Source: Octopus bimaculoides (Eukaryota). From it: a DNA stretch of 64,000 nucleotides. The position numbers and the translations under genes are program-made. Below the pieces are notes generated by a model. The model had not been told where the DNA came from. It searched no databases and saw only the letters and a program-made list of their open reading frames with translations. Where the stretch lies: NCBI RefSeq assembly GCF_001194135.2, contig NC_068998.1:2058321-2122320 (forward strand), written 5' to 3'. Below, piece by piece: positions 22,101 to 32,005 of the stretch (its first letter is position 1; each line of letters starts with the position of its first letter).

Positions 22101-25100
22101 TTTTCAGCATCACACTCACTGGAGTCTCTTTCATCACTCACATCAGACAAGTCAGCGTAATCAATTGGTTTCATACATACCGTACAAGTATTGTGGATAT
22201 CATAGTAACAATCCAGACAATACACAGCCTTACAACTTTCATTCTCACAATGTTTGAAGTTCACTCTGTCACTAATTTTACCATCTGCACTGCATCCTAA
22301 ACAATATTTGATTTCAAACCCCAGTATCTCAAGTAATCGCCTAACTGGAGGACATCTTGCCGCTAGTTTACCTTTCCAGCTGATGTTTTTTGCATCCATA
22401 GAACTTCGATAATCAAGACGCATTTTCCGCCGTAGAAACTTTTCCAGACTTCCCCGTTGTACCAAGAGATTAGAATAGAGCCATACTGCTCTTTCTTTGG
22501 CACGAACTGGATAAAATTCATCACAGACAATATGGCGTAGTCGTCGCCCGTAGCCTTCAAAAACGACTGATATTAGGCACAAGCCCATAATCATGCCGAT
22601 GGTTTTGTATACTTCGTAATTGGGTTCAGTTGGATTAGGGAGACAAAGAGTAAGGTTTTTCACATCGTTGGTTGCCAAGGGACCAAAAATGGATATCAGA
22701 GATTTATACATGTCTGCATACGGCCCATTACCACTAACATGTACTTGGACATGTGACAGTTCTTCGACGTCAACTTTCATTGAAAAACTCTTGCGCACTA
22801 GTTCCAGGATCCAGAAAAGGCCATAATCACAAAATAAATGAAAAAGTATGGTGGAAGAAGTAATTAAAAAGAAAACAAAGCCTTTACAGAATTTTCGTTT
22901 CTCTTGACAAGTTAGCCTTAACGAAGTGGAACTAATATAGTTTTGTTTCTCAGATCTCTTTAATGGAAGTAGTGTCTCTTTCGACTGCATCCCTTTAATG
23001 TAGTCAATATCATATAAATTTTTCGAAAGGTAGATATTATCAAATTTATCTTTACTCAGGTATTTAATTCTATAACGATAAGCTTTTACAAACACAATAA
23101 TTAGCATTAAGTCTGTGACAAATTTGATGAATTCCAATTTTGTAAAATACATGCTCAGTTTTTCTTTGACTTCACGGAGCACATCTCTTTTCACTTGACT
23201 GTAACTTTTCGTCTGTTCCATAGACACTTGGTATTCGTAATCGATTTTTATTTTAAAGTAGAACATGTCATATAAATTCTGAATTGCCTTGCTAACTGGA
23301 GCGGCAAACGTTCGAAGCACAAGCTTCTTGAGTACTTCAGTAAGAGAACATAACATTTCGCCAATTCTTGCTAAGTGACATATACTTTTAAAAAAGGTTA
23401 CAATATTGCACAATTTCACAAATTCGGGTAGCACCGTCCTAACACAATTAATACGAGCCAATCTAAAAGCCCTCGTGCATTTTCTAAAGGGGTCGAGCAT
23501 CCTTTCATTGCAAACATTCACTATGTTGCCAAGCCAAGAAAAGATATTATTTATTGACGCAATTAGTTCTTCGATTCCTTTCTTCATTGACAGAAATGCT
23601 TGCTGTGCCATACGACTGTAGCGATTGATTGTATTCACAAAATCTTCAATCCCACCGATAATCCCAGATAAAGGATTTAAAGCGATGGCTATAAGTCTCT
23701 CTGTTTGATTGTAGGCAACTTCTTGACCGCAGGTCATTGCCTCAGTCATCACGACAATGTTGTTACTAAAATTGGCCACTGGTTGATTAAGAGTGAGCAT
23801 GAAAGCATACAGAATTAGAAACGATCGACCTTTGCTTGTGAAAAACCCCGGGGCAGCCAAAAGGATCGTACAGCGAACTGCCACCGAGTATGGTAAAACT
23901 AAACAAAGCACAAAACCAGCGAAAAAACAAATTATGATCGCTGTCCATAAGGTCGTTTCAACATGATAGATTAACACCAAATAAAGAAAAAGATTAACCA
24001 TAGAACCAAACAGGAACCATAACGACAACGAGCAGAACTGTTGATAGTAGCTACCTGGTTTTAAGTCCTCTTTTTTACGGATACAACATTCTTCATGTAA
24101 CTTCACAGCTCTTCTCTTTGCCTTGGCAAGACGACGTAATGATATTTTCAGCTGAATGGCTTTCAGCGTTTTTTGCACAAACATCATATTCCAAGAATAA
24201 TCAGATATCAGTTTTAATCAACAGTAACTTGTAGATCATTACACACAGCCTGGAGCCCTCCATGGAAAATAAGGATCAAAGGAACATGGATGTTATTCAA
24301 TGAATTTGAGAAGCTTTTTGAAATGGGAATTGCATTGCCATTCTTTCTTTTATTTTTACCTGTTTAATGGCAAATTCACGGCAAGAACTGAAACATTTTT
24401 TAACGTTGTTCTTCTTACGATTATCTGTGTTGGTTTGCTTCTTGTTAATCCCAATATTTCGACACTGCTTCTGTTGGTTTTGTATTCCTGTTAAGTTTTC
24501 TTGCAAGCAAGGTTTTGAAAGGAATCGAAACAACGGAATAGTTCTACAATTTGTACAGACACGTATGGCTAAATAATTAATAACCTATAAAACAATGGAT
24601 TGAATAAGACAAATCGAACTATTGAGGCAAATTATTGATTTCAGGCAACGCTTGAACGAAGAACAAATCTTAACGGAAGTTACGTGACATGACGTCAAAG
24701 ATGGCTTCTGGCCACCAACGACATTTCTTTCATTTTCTCTTCTTTAAGAACAAAACAGAAATTAAAATCTCACGTACTCGTTTCACATTTTATATCATGG
24801 ATTCATTTAAGAATTAATTTAACATGTTTATTTTCCATTAATAGTACAGGTTATTGATTATGTGCTGTTAAACGCAATGGAACCATGATCCAGAAATGGG
24901 AGACTGATGCCTTTCAGATGAAGTCAAGCTTTTTATTTTACAATTTGTCTTAAAAATTGTTATACGTATGACTGGATTACAACATCAGTATTTTCTTTAC
25001 TGAAAATAGAGAAGAAAAATGTGTGGAAATCGTCATCAACTCAATTTAATAATTAGAATTAGAATTAGCTGGCAGAATCGTTAGCACGCCGGGCGAAATG

Positions 25101-26357
25101 TATTTCGTCTGCCGTTACGTTCTGAGTTCAAATTCCGCCGAGGTCGACTTTGCCTTTCATCCTTTCGGGGTCGATTAAATAAGTACCATTTACGCACTGG
25201 GGTCGATGTAATCTACTTAATCTCTTTGTCTGTCCCCTCTATGTTTAGCCCCCTGTGGGCAATAAAGAAATAAATATTATAATTAGACTCTATAACAAAA
25301 GCATGATCGCCCGATCATGTAATCAGTATGCGTGCGCGAAACGACCGAAAGTTGTGGCGTACTAGTATCGAAAGATCGCCTTATATTTAATTAGCAACAC
25401 CTGATTTTTAAAATTAGTTTTATGTCATAATAATTATAAAAAAATTATTTTAGACAAACCAAGGCAATCATTAGCTGTAACCCCAATGTATCCCCTTGTT
25501 GTTGTAGTGGTAACGACTTGACACTTGTAGACGATGTTTCTAGTGAGGTAGATTCTGTTTAAAGGGCAGTTGGGTGTTTTGCTACAGTTATATGTTTTGA
25601 TCATAGGAATCCTCCATTATTAGAGTTGGATTTGTCAGTGCTCCAGCATGGTCGCAGTCAAATGACTGAAACAAATGAAAGGATACTATTTTCTTCACTC
25701 CTACTCCCCTCCACTCACTACTCCCCCTACTTCCACTCCACTACTATCAGCCCCCCCCCTCCCCCCTGTTCTGTCTCTGGCTGACATTGAAACTTTTGAA
25801 TTTCTCTTCTTGCAGCAATCCAACCTAAACTCAAATGTCCGAAAAACAAACCCAAAGTCAAGTACTGTCTGATGAACCCATGTACCATAGGACCACACAG
25901 TTTTTGCCCATTATATCCCGTTGCTACTTGTTAGTAAGTATAAACAACCAGCTTCATATTCTCTTTAATGAGTTGTTCCTTATTCACCCNNNNNNNNNNN
26001 NNNNNNNNNNNNNNNNNNNNNNNNNNNNNNNNNNNNNNNNNNNNNNNNNNNNNNNNNNNNNNNNNNNNNNNNNNNNNNNNNNNNNNNNNNNNNNNNNNNN
26101 NNNNNNNNNNNNNNNNNNNNNNNNNNNNNNNNNNNNNNNNNNNNNNNNNNNNNNNNNNNNNNNNNNNNNNNNNNNNNNNNNNNNNNNNNNNNNNNNNNNN
26201 NNNNNNNNNNNNNNNNNNNNNNNNNNNNNNNNNNNNNNNNNNNNNNNNNNNNNNNNNNNNNNNNNNNNNNNNNNNNNNNNNNNNNNNNNNNNNNNNNNNN
26301 NNNNNNNNNNNNNNNNNNNNNNNNNNNNNNNNNNNNNNNNNNNNNNNNNNNNNNNNN

Positions 26358-26389
<32 letters not shown>

Positions 26390-26403
26390 TACATACATAT
26401 ATA

Positions 26404-26441
<38 letters not shown>

Positions 26442-26557
26442 TATATGTAAGTGTGTGCATACATGCATTCCTTTATTGCAGTTCCTATTTATGTGGCGGC
26501 TGTTACTCAAAATGGTTCAACAGCAGAGGAAAAGAGGTGTTTTGCTCTCGGAGATAA
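17596..26557 (+). CDS. Putative microexon gene, 5'-partial: join(17596-17616,18789-18812,19540-19563,19929-19952,20405-20425,20517-20540,25816-25933,26482-26557); Ile/Pro/Lys-rich repeat linker plus C-terminal 8-Cys module
   Basis: All exons have a pyrimidine tract + YAG acceptor. All internal donors are GTAAGT or GTAAGC. Phase-1 splicing gives an open frame: IILQSEGDKIPIPKSDKIPIPKSDKIPMHKSIILQSEGDNIPIPKSIQPKLKCPKNKPKVKYCLMNPCTIGPHSFCPLYPVATCYSYLCGGCYSKWFNSRGKEVFCSRR*. The link across the 5.3-kb intron is inferred from phase only. Confidence 0.55.
18789..18812 (+). CDS. 24-nt microexon E24a (GDKIPIPK)
   Basis: ttgtatttttcag|GGGACAAAATTCCCATTCCTAAAT|gtaagt. Confidence 0.62.
19540..19563 (+). 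CDS. 24-nt microexon E24b (SDKIPIPK)
   Basis: ttgtatttttcag|CGGACAAAATTCCCATTCCTAAAT|gtaagt. Confidence 0.62.
19929..19952 (+). CDS. 24-nt microexon E24c (SDKIPMHK)
   Basis: ttgtatttttcag|CGGACAAAATTCCTATGCATAAAT|gtaagt. Confidence 0.62.
20405..20425 (+). CDS. 21-nt microexon E21b (SIILQSE)
   Basis: ctcctttgttcttattttag|CAATCATTCTCCAGTCTGAAG|gtaagc, identical to E21a. Confidence 0.6.
20517..20540 (+). CDS. 24-nt microexon E24d (GDNIPIPK)
   Basis: ttgtatttttcag|GGGACAATATTCCCATTCCTAAAT|gtaagt. The intron from E21b is only 91 nt. Confidence 0.62.
21113..21865 (+). other. Cluster of four candidate + strand exons (21113-21204, 21289-21371, 21511-21615, 21735-~21880)
   Basis: Short introns of 84, 139 and 119 nt with YAG acceptors and gtaatc/gtatgt/gtaata donors. 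The first three exons each have one open frame and these chain (phase 1-0-2-2). AATAAA at 21860-21865. The peptide resembles nothing I recognise. Confidence 0.35.
21911..24187 (-). CDS. DCST2: DC-STAMP domain-containing protein 2 (DCST2 / SPE-42 / Sneaky family), single-exon CDS, 758 aa
   Basis: N-terminal TM block with VRCTILLAAPGFFTSKGRSFL, MTCGQEVAYNQT, Cys-rich ectodomain, KDKFDNIYL...TLLPL, DYGLFWILELVR, RRLRHIVCDEFYPVRAKERAVWLYSNLL. The RING-like tail CLGC...CENESCKAVYCLDC...NTCTVC followed by an acidic DSSE is closer to DCST2 than DCST1 as I recall them. In-frame stop upstream of the ATG. Confidence 0.9.
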   Translation of the reverse strand: MMFVQKTLKAIQLKISLRRLAKAKRRAVKLHEECCIRKKEDLKPGSYYQQFCSLSLWFLFGSMVNLFLYLVLIYHVETTLWTAIIICFFAGFVLCLVLPYSVAVRCTILLAAPGFFTSKGRSFLILYAFMLTLNQPVANFSNNIVVMTEAMTCGQEVAYNQTERLIAIALNPLSGIIGGIEDFVNTINRYSRMAQQAFLSMKKGIEELIASINNIFSWLGNIVNVCNERMLDPFRKCTRAFRLARINCVRTVLPEFVKLCNIVTFFKSICHLARIGEMLCSLTEVLKKLVLRTFAAPVSKAIQNLYDMFYFKIKIDYEYQVSMEQTKSYSQVKRDVLREVKEKLSMYFTKLEFIKFVTDLMLIIVFVKAYRYRIKYLSKDKFDNIYLSKNLYDIDYIKGMQSKETLLPLKRSEKQNYISSTSLRLTCQEKRKFCKGFVFFLITSSTILFHLFCDYGLFWILELVRKSFSMKVDVEELSHVQVHVSGNGPYADMYKSLISIFGPLATNDVKNLTLCLPNPTEPNYEVYKTIGMIMGLCLISVVFEGYGRRLRHIVCDEFYPVRAKERAVWLYSNLLVQRGSLEKFLRRKMRLDYRSSMDAKNISWKGKLAARCPPVRRLLEILGFEIKYCLGCSADGKISDRVNFKHCENESCKAVYCLDCYYDIHNTCTVCMKPIDYADLSDVSDERDSSECDAENFYQSDQNKKKLQAKVAMEQENIARNNRLQRRKSQTLLQKAYDLIRMEYKPLKERTRCNYRYR
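24674..24705. promoter_or_regulatory. Dense motif cluster (ETS, CRE/ATF, YY1-like), likely DCST2 promoter region
   Basis: CGGAAGT (24674-80), TTACGTGA (24680-87), TGACGTCA (24690-97) and AAGATGGC (24698-705) within 32 bp, about 500 bp upstream of the DCST2 ATG, in otherwise CpG-poor DNA. Confidence 0.5.
25067..25271 (+). mobile_element. SINE family A (tRNA-related)
   Basis: agctggcagaatcgttagcacgccgggcgaaatg...ttctgagttcaaattccgccgaggtcgactttgcctttcatcc with B-box GTTCAAATTCC. Other copies at ~3620-3835(-), 17738-17930(+), 17980-18195(+), 28455-28660(+), 29390-29610(+), 49385-49610(-), 49610-49760(+), 53800-53960(-), 57200-57410(-), 57880-58075(-). Confidence 0.85.
25816..25933 (+). CDS. Exon encoding first part of an 8-Cys module (IQPKLKCPKNKPKVKYCLMNPCTIGPHSFCPLYPVATC)
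   Basis: tttctcttcttgcag| acceptor, TA|gtaagt donor, 118 nt, phase 1 to 2. Confidence 0.75.
26482..26557 (+). CDS. Terminal coding exon of the 8-Cys module (YSYLCGGCYSKWFNSRGKEVFCSRR*)
   Basis: cctttattgcag| acceptor. Phase 2 completes TAT and gives CGGC in the expected place. TAA at 26555-26557. Confidence 0.75.
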
Positions 26558-26659
26558 AAAAGAAACCCAAGGAAATTCCTGAAAGCCAAAGAATTATGTC
26601 AGATTGGTACGAATGATATTTCTATGATTCATTTGATATCAAATATATACAGCTGTCTT

Positions 26660-26665
26660 AATAAA
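26660..26665 (+). terminator. Candidate polyadenylation signal of the Cys-module gene
   Basis: AATAAA about 100 nt after the TAA at 26557. Confidence 0.5.
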
Positions 26666-27039
26666 TACACTGTTGCTATCTTGCAATCTAGTTGTTTTAT
26701 CGTAATAATTTTTAATTCTTTTCACATGTAAGAAATTGCCCATGCTGGTGCTACATAGAAGGTACCTAGTACACCCTTTAATGTGAGTGGCATTAGGGAA
26801 GGCCTCCAGCCGTAGAAACTATGCCAAAACAGACAACTGGAGCCTGGTGCAGCTCTCCAGCTTGTCCGGTCCTGTCAGACTGTCCAAGACTGGAAATGAG
26901 TAACACCATTTGTATGATGGTGATGCTTGTTTATGCCATATGATGTCAGGACAAGGGCACACACACGCATACATATGAGAAGTATAGAGAAAATAACAAA
27001 GTACTGGGACCTACAGTTCTATATTTAAGAGATGAGGAA

Positions 27040-27396
<357 letters not shown>

Positions 27397-27699
27397 TGTA
27401 AATAAAATATCAAGACATTATTGGAGAGATACACTTGAGGACAGAGTTGGCTATTTTTAAATCCAGGAATATTGGATCCAGATTTAGACTGTAGTTATGT
27501 CCCTTGTATCATGAATCACAATTTTGCAGGGGAAGTAACTCTGGTACTAACGATAGCTAGAGTAACAAGAAATAAAGCAATGAGTTAGCAGAATCGTTAG
27601 TGCGTCGAACAAACGATAAGATCGCATCTACAAGGAAAGGAATTCACATAAAATATGTGAGATACCATCTGTGGGATCTTTTGCATGATTTTAGTGAGA

Positions 27700-28376
27700 T
27701 ATTTATTACCTGTTCAGACATGGAAGTGCCAACAGCCAAATCTGTTTATGATGTATGCAGGGGGACGAATCCATTCAGTGTCTGTACATTAGCGATCTGT
27801 GGGTTTGTGTTGAGCAGCTTCTGGTCTCATGTAACACAGATGCGGCTGTCCGCCGAGTGTGTAGTGAAGATCGACTCACCAGCTTCTTTTGACAGAGTAG
27901 GGAGTCGGGTCTTTCTCTGCTTAGCGGTTGTAGTGAAAGAAACTGTGTGGTGGACCAGTCAGAAAGGTCTGAAGATTCCTATCTTACCAAACTCTCATCG
28001 GTTTCTTCAAATATCCTTTGAAGAGGGAGGTGATGCCTTCCATTGTGTTTATCGAAAGTTGGATGTGAGTGGCAAGACTGGAGAGGCTGAATGGATCTAC
28101 TCTGAGTATGACTTTCGAAGTAGGAGGAAAGAAACTGGAAGATGGCACTTCCCATGCCTTGGTGCTGGCAGAGTATTCCGGGTCTTTTTGTGTGGGGTTT
28201 ACCCTCAGTTACCCCGAGTGGACTACCCAGCTACTGGGGATTCGGTTTATTTATCTTTCTTATTTGTATTTTAATATCCTTTTGTTATATCCTTTAATGT
28301 TGTAGTGTTTTCCCTTTGTGTGTTGTATCCCATCCTTTGATGTGGTCTTGAATGTCTTGGGCCAATGTAGACAAAG

Positions 28377-28427
<51 letters not shown>

Positions 28428-28428
28428 A
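27700..28428 (+). mobile_element. Tx1/L1-like LINE 3' fragment with (ATC)n tail
   Basis: Across frameshifts: RHGSANSQICL*CMQGDES-IQCLYISDLWVCVEQLL...RLSAECVVKI...VFLCLAVVVKETVWWT, the post-RT zinc-knuckle region. Then a T-rich 3'UTR and caaagaaatcatcatc... tail. Confidence 0.65.
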
Positions 28429-28662
28429 CATTCTCATGCTTAATATTATTATTATTTAAGGTGATGAGCTAACAGAATTGTTTGCACACCAAATGAAATA
28501 CTTAGCATCGTTTCATCTGTCTTTACGTTCTGAGTTCAAATTCTGCCAGGGCCTTTCATCCTTTTGGGGTGGATAGGTTAAGTACCAGTGAAACATTGGG
28601 GTCGATATAATCGACTAGTCCCCTTCCCTGAAATTTCAGGCTTTTTGCGTATAGTAGAAAGA

Positions 28663-28695
<33 letters not shown>

Positions 28696-29904
28696 TGATG
28701 AAAGCTCCCAGCTTATCTGGCTGAGTATGATGGGGAGTGTCAGTTGTCCGCAACCAGCAGACTCAGGTGACACTTGTTTACTGGTCATGTTTCAAGAATC
28801 CTGCAAAGAATTCTTGCAGCTCCAAGCAATGCTGGTTTTTGTAGGTGTGCTACCTTCACACTTGCACCAATCTCTTTCAGCCATGTTGGTTGTTGAGTGC
28901 TGATACTTCCAAGCATGCCAACCACGTGAAATTTTTTTTTTAATGTTGTTTACATGAATTGTTAAAATCCTCGTCACCACTGTTATGATGTGGTGTTTTC
29001 TGCAGTTATAATGTGTGGCCACTTTTGTAACTGTAGCTGTTGTATCTACTCTAGTAACCATGATATTTTCTTGGTATCAGATACAGTGTATCTCTTCTAT
29101 ACCAGAATGGTAATACACCAAATTTGAACCGTCTTGAGTGTAAACCTGAACTCAACTATAACATGTAACTGACACTTAACTCCAACTGAGAACTCATACA
29201 ATGACTCTACAACGACTGACACATGATTCTCTGTACTGGTTGATGTCATCTCACTTTATAGTGGCTGGGTCATACCACTTGTCCTGTGGAAGCAGTGTAC
29301 CATTTCTAATCCAACAGATATTAAACTCAATGTTTTTACGAATGAATTATGTTTCAGAAATTGTCAGCAATGTTCCAAAAACCTGAAGACAGTGAGCTGG
29401 CAGAATTGTTAGCAGAATTGTTAGCATGCCAGGCAAAATGCTTCGTGGTATTTCGTCCGTCTTTATGTTCTGAGTTCAAGTTCCACTGAGGTTGCCTTTA
29501 ATCCTTCTTGGGTCAATAAATTAAGTACCAGTTGAGCATTGGGAGTTAATATAATTGACTTACCCACTCCTCTGAAATTGCTGGCTTTGCGCAAAAATTT
29601 GAAACCACTATTGCTAAAACTTAAAAGCTTGCAATGTTTAGAGTGGAACAATTTGCAACACCAAAGACGAAATGAGGTCAAGTAGTCAAACAGCTTTTCT
29701 GTTGAATTCCTGGACATTATTTTTCATAAAACTGAAGTGATTCTTAAAATAGATTAGCTCGTGACGATGTGGATTAACGATTATACGGGACATAATGTGT
29801 TCACAGACATGATGGTCATTCAAATGACGTAGGACAATTTACTGAAAGTGGAAAGTGAAATTTCTTAGGTGAAACTTTTTTTTTTTTACATATTAATAAA
29901 GACT

Positions 29905-30240
29905 AGTTTGAAAGGTTTAAGAGTTGATTTGATAAGTTTGCACAACATTAAAATGGTTGGTGAAGTCCCCATTCTGGCACAGAGGCTGTTATTAATCATC
30001 TTTAGGGGTTGAAGGAAATTATTACTGAAGTTCATTCTACAGAACATGCATAGAATAGTGATGAAACTTGGCTTTTCTGGAAGACATGTCTTGTATGACA
30101 TATTTGCCAGGAAGAAAAATTGGTTTCAGGCTTTAAAACTTCTTGAACTAATCAAATACTTCTTGTGGGAGGAAATACAGCTGGTGACTTGAAATCAAAG
30201 TCGTTTCTTACCATTCACTCCCAAAATCCGAGAACTGTTC
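29905..30240 (+). mobile_element. pogo/Tigger transposase remnant
   Basis: LHNIKMVGE...DETWLFWK...ICQEEKLVSGFKTS*...LLVGGNTAGDLKSKSFLTIHSQNPR matches the Tigger DETGLFWK...EEK..PGFK...LLLGGNAAGD.KLKP....HS.NPR pattern. Confidence 0.75.
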
Positions 30241-30727
30241 TAAGTTTAATCAACCTAGTTTAATTGATTTTGCCTTTCATCCTTTTGGGGTTGATAAATG
30301 AAGTACCAGTTGGGCACTAGGGTCAATGTAATCAACTTACTCACTTCACATAAAATTGCTGGCTTTGTGCCAAGATTTGAAACCAATGTGTCTTTGGCCA
30401 AACTGTATCTATGACTTTACAGGTTTACACCAGCAGAAATTTTTCATCAAGTTCAGCAGGATATTCTGACAATGGCAAATGATGAGTGCTGTGGACTGAA
30501 AGAGAAATTCTCCCTATATTTTATTTTTTGAATCACAAGTACTTGATTTTTTTCTTTTCTTAAAGGGGAACATTACTATTTTATTCAAAATAAAATATTA
30601 ATCTTTATCATCTTAAATCAAAAGGCAGAAAAACAGAGAGAGAGAGAGAGAGAGACTCTTTCTAGACAAAGATCAGTTGCAATGGGAGGAGTTGAATCTC
30701 ATAAGAATGGAAAAACAAACAAACAAC

Positions 30728-31230
30728 AAATGGGTTGTAGTTTATAATGAAACTGCAAATGCCACTGCAATGTTGAAATCATTGCCTCAGTGAGGTCAAT
30801 TAAGTACATGATGAAGTACTCACTGAAAGGAAATGACCAAGCTGCTTTTCAAAGAAACAATGATAATGAAATTAGTTAATATCTAATGGTTAGGTATATT
30901 GGACCATCTGAAGCAGTTGCATCCATTTTAGGATTTGCAATAATGAGACTGCAAGTTCATCTACCAGATGAACAAAGAATATTGCTCAGAAATTATGGGG
31001 GATATATATGGCTGTCAATGAATGACATATGAGAAGAACATTGACAGAATTCTTTCCATTGTGCATCAATGATGACTTAGCAAAAATATTACTTTATGCC
31101 AAAGTAGTAACAAAGAATGGCAAAAAAGAGAGTGGGTGGGGGGAGAAGGAACTCTCGGTCATGTTTATATTGTCACACCAAAGGCAGAAGAACTGTATTA
31201 TTTAAGTATTTTATTGCATGAAGTTCGAAA
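30728..31230 (+). mobile_element. Helitron Rep/Helicase remnant
   Basis: CHCNVEIIASVRSIKYMMKYSLKGNDQA...NEIS*YLMVRYIGPSEAV..ILGF..MRLQVHLPDEQRI...TLTEFF...LGHVYIVTPKAEELYYLSILLHEVR, typical of the Helitron region after the Rep domain. Confidence 0.82.
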
Positions 31231-31719
31231 TAACATCAACATTTTCAACTTGGAGTGGTTGTCACCCAATGGGTCACAGTGGGTACATAAGACTATGCTC
31301 AATGTAATTGCCATATTTCCTGCAACAAACTCCCTAATGTCTACCAATAGGGATCACTTGAATTGGTGAGGGAATTTCTGTGGAGTCTTGATTGTGGTCA
31401 ATGTAGCAGTTAACAAACTCGAATACAGCGTTTCGAAAAGAAGAGACATCTTGTGTCTGTGAATGAGCGTCAACGGAGTCCCAAGAACAGCTTGAGAAAG
31501 CAGTTACTTCTCCCTCAAATCTACAACTGTCCTTTGATTGTGAACCACGGGTTTTCTTTTATTTGTAAATATCGGTAGAAATTGGACTGACCTCACATGA
31601 TCAGATATTGGACAGTCACAAAAGAAATGTCGTCAATCAAATGTTTCCTTCGATCAGCTTCAAATGTGACTGACGTCATTTCAGTCTAAGCTGATTATAG
31701 ACTCGACACCCGCATAGAC

Positions 31720-32005
31720 ATCACCATCATCATCATCATCATCATCATCATCATTGCTGTCGTCGTTGTCATCATCATCATCATTGTCTTCATTGCTTTT
31801 GTAATAGTCAACTACTACTACTACTACTACTACTGCTACTGCTACTACTACTACTGCTGCTGCTGCTTTTGTTGCTGCTGCTTTTGCTGCTGCTACTGCT
31901 GCCAGCACCACCCATAGCCACCAGCAGCACCACCACTGTCACCGCTGCCACGTTTACCACTACCATCACCACTGCTGCTACTACTACTTCTGCTGCTGCT
32001 GTGCC
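31720..32005. repeat. Compound trinucleotide microsatellite (CAT/TAC/TGC/CAC)
   Basis: Visible directly in the sequence. Confidence 0.85.

Noticed and set aside
24701-24817. ATG in strong context at the promoter cluster (MASGHQRHFFHFLFFK...)
   Set aside because: Short ORF with only a weak donor (CAC|gtactc), not signal-like. The ATG is part of the YY1-like motif.
24918-24965. 48-nt symmetric exon candidate, or a first exon MKSSFFILQFVLKIVI if one T were added
   Set aside because: Weak acceptor. The signal-like reading needs an assumed sequencing error.
27600-28274. 224-aa ORF as a host gene
   Set aside because: It is a frameshifted Tx1/L1-like LINE 3' fragment joined to a SINE head.
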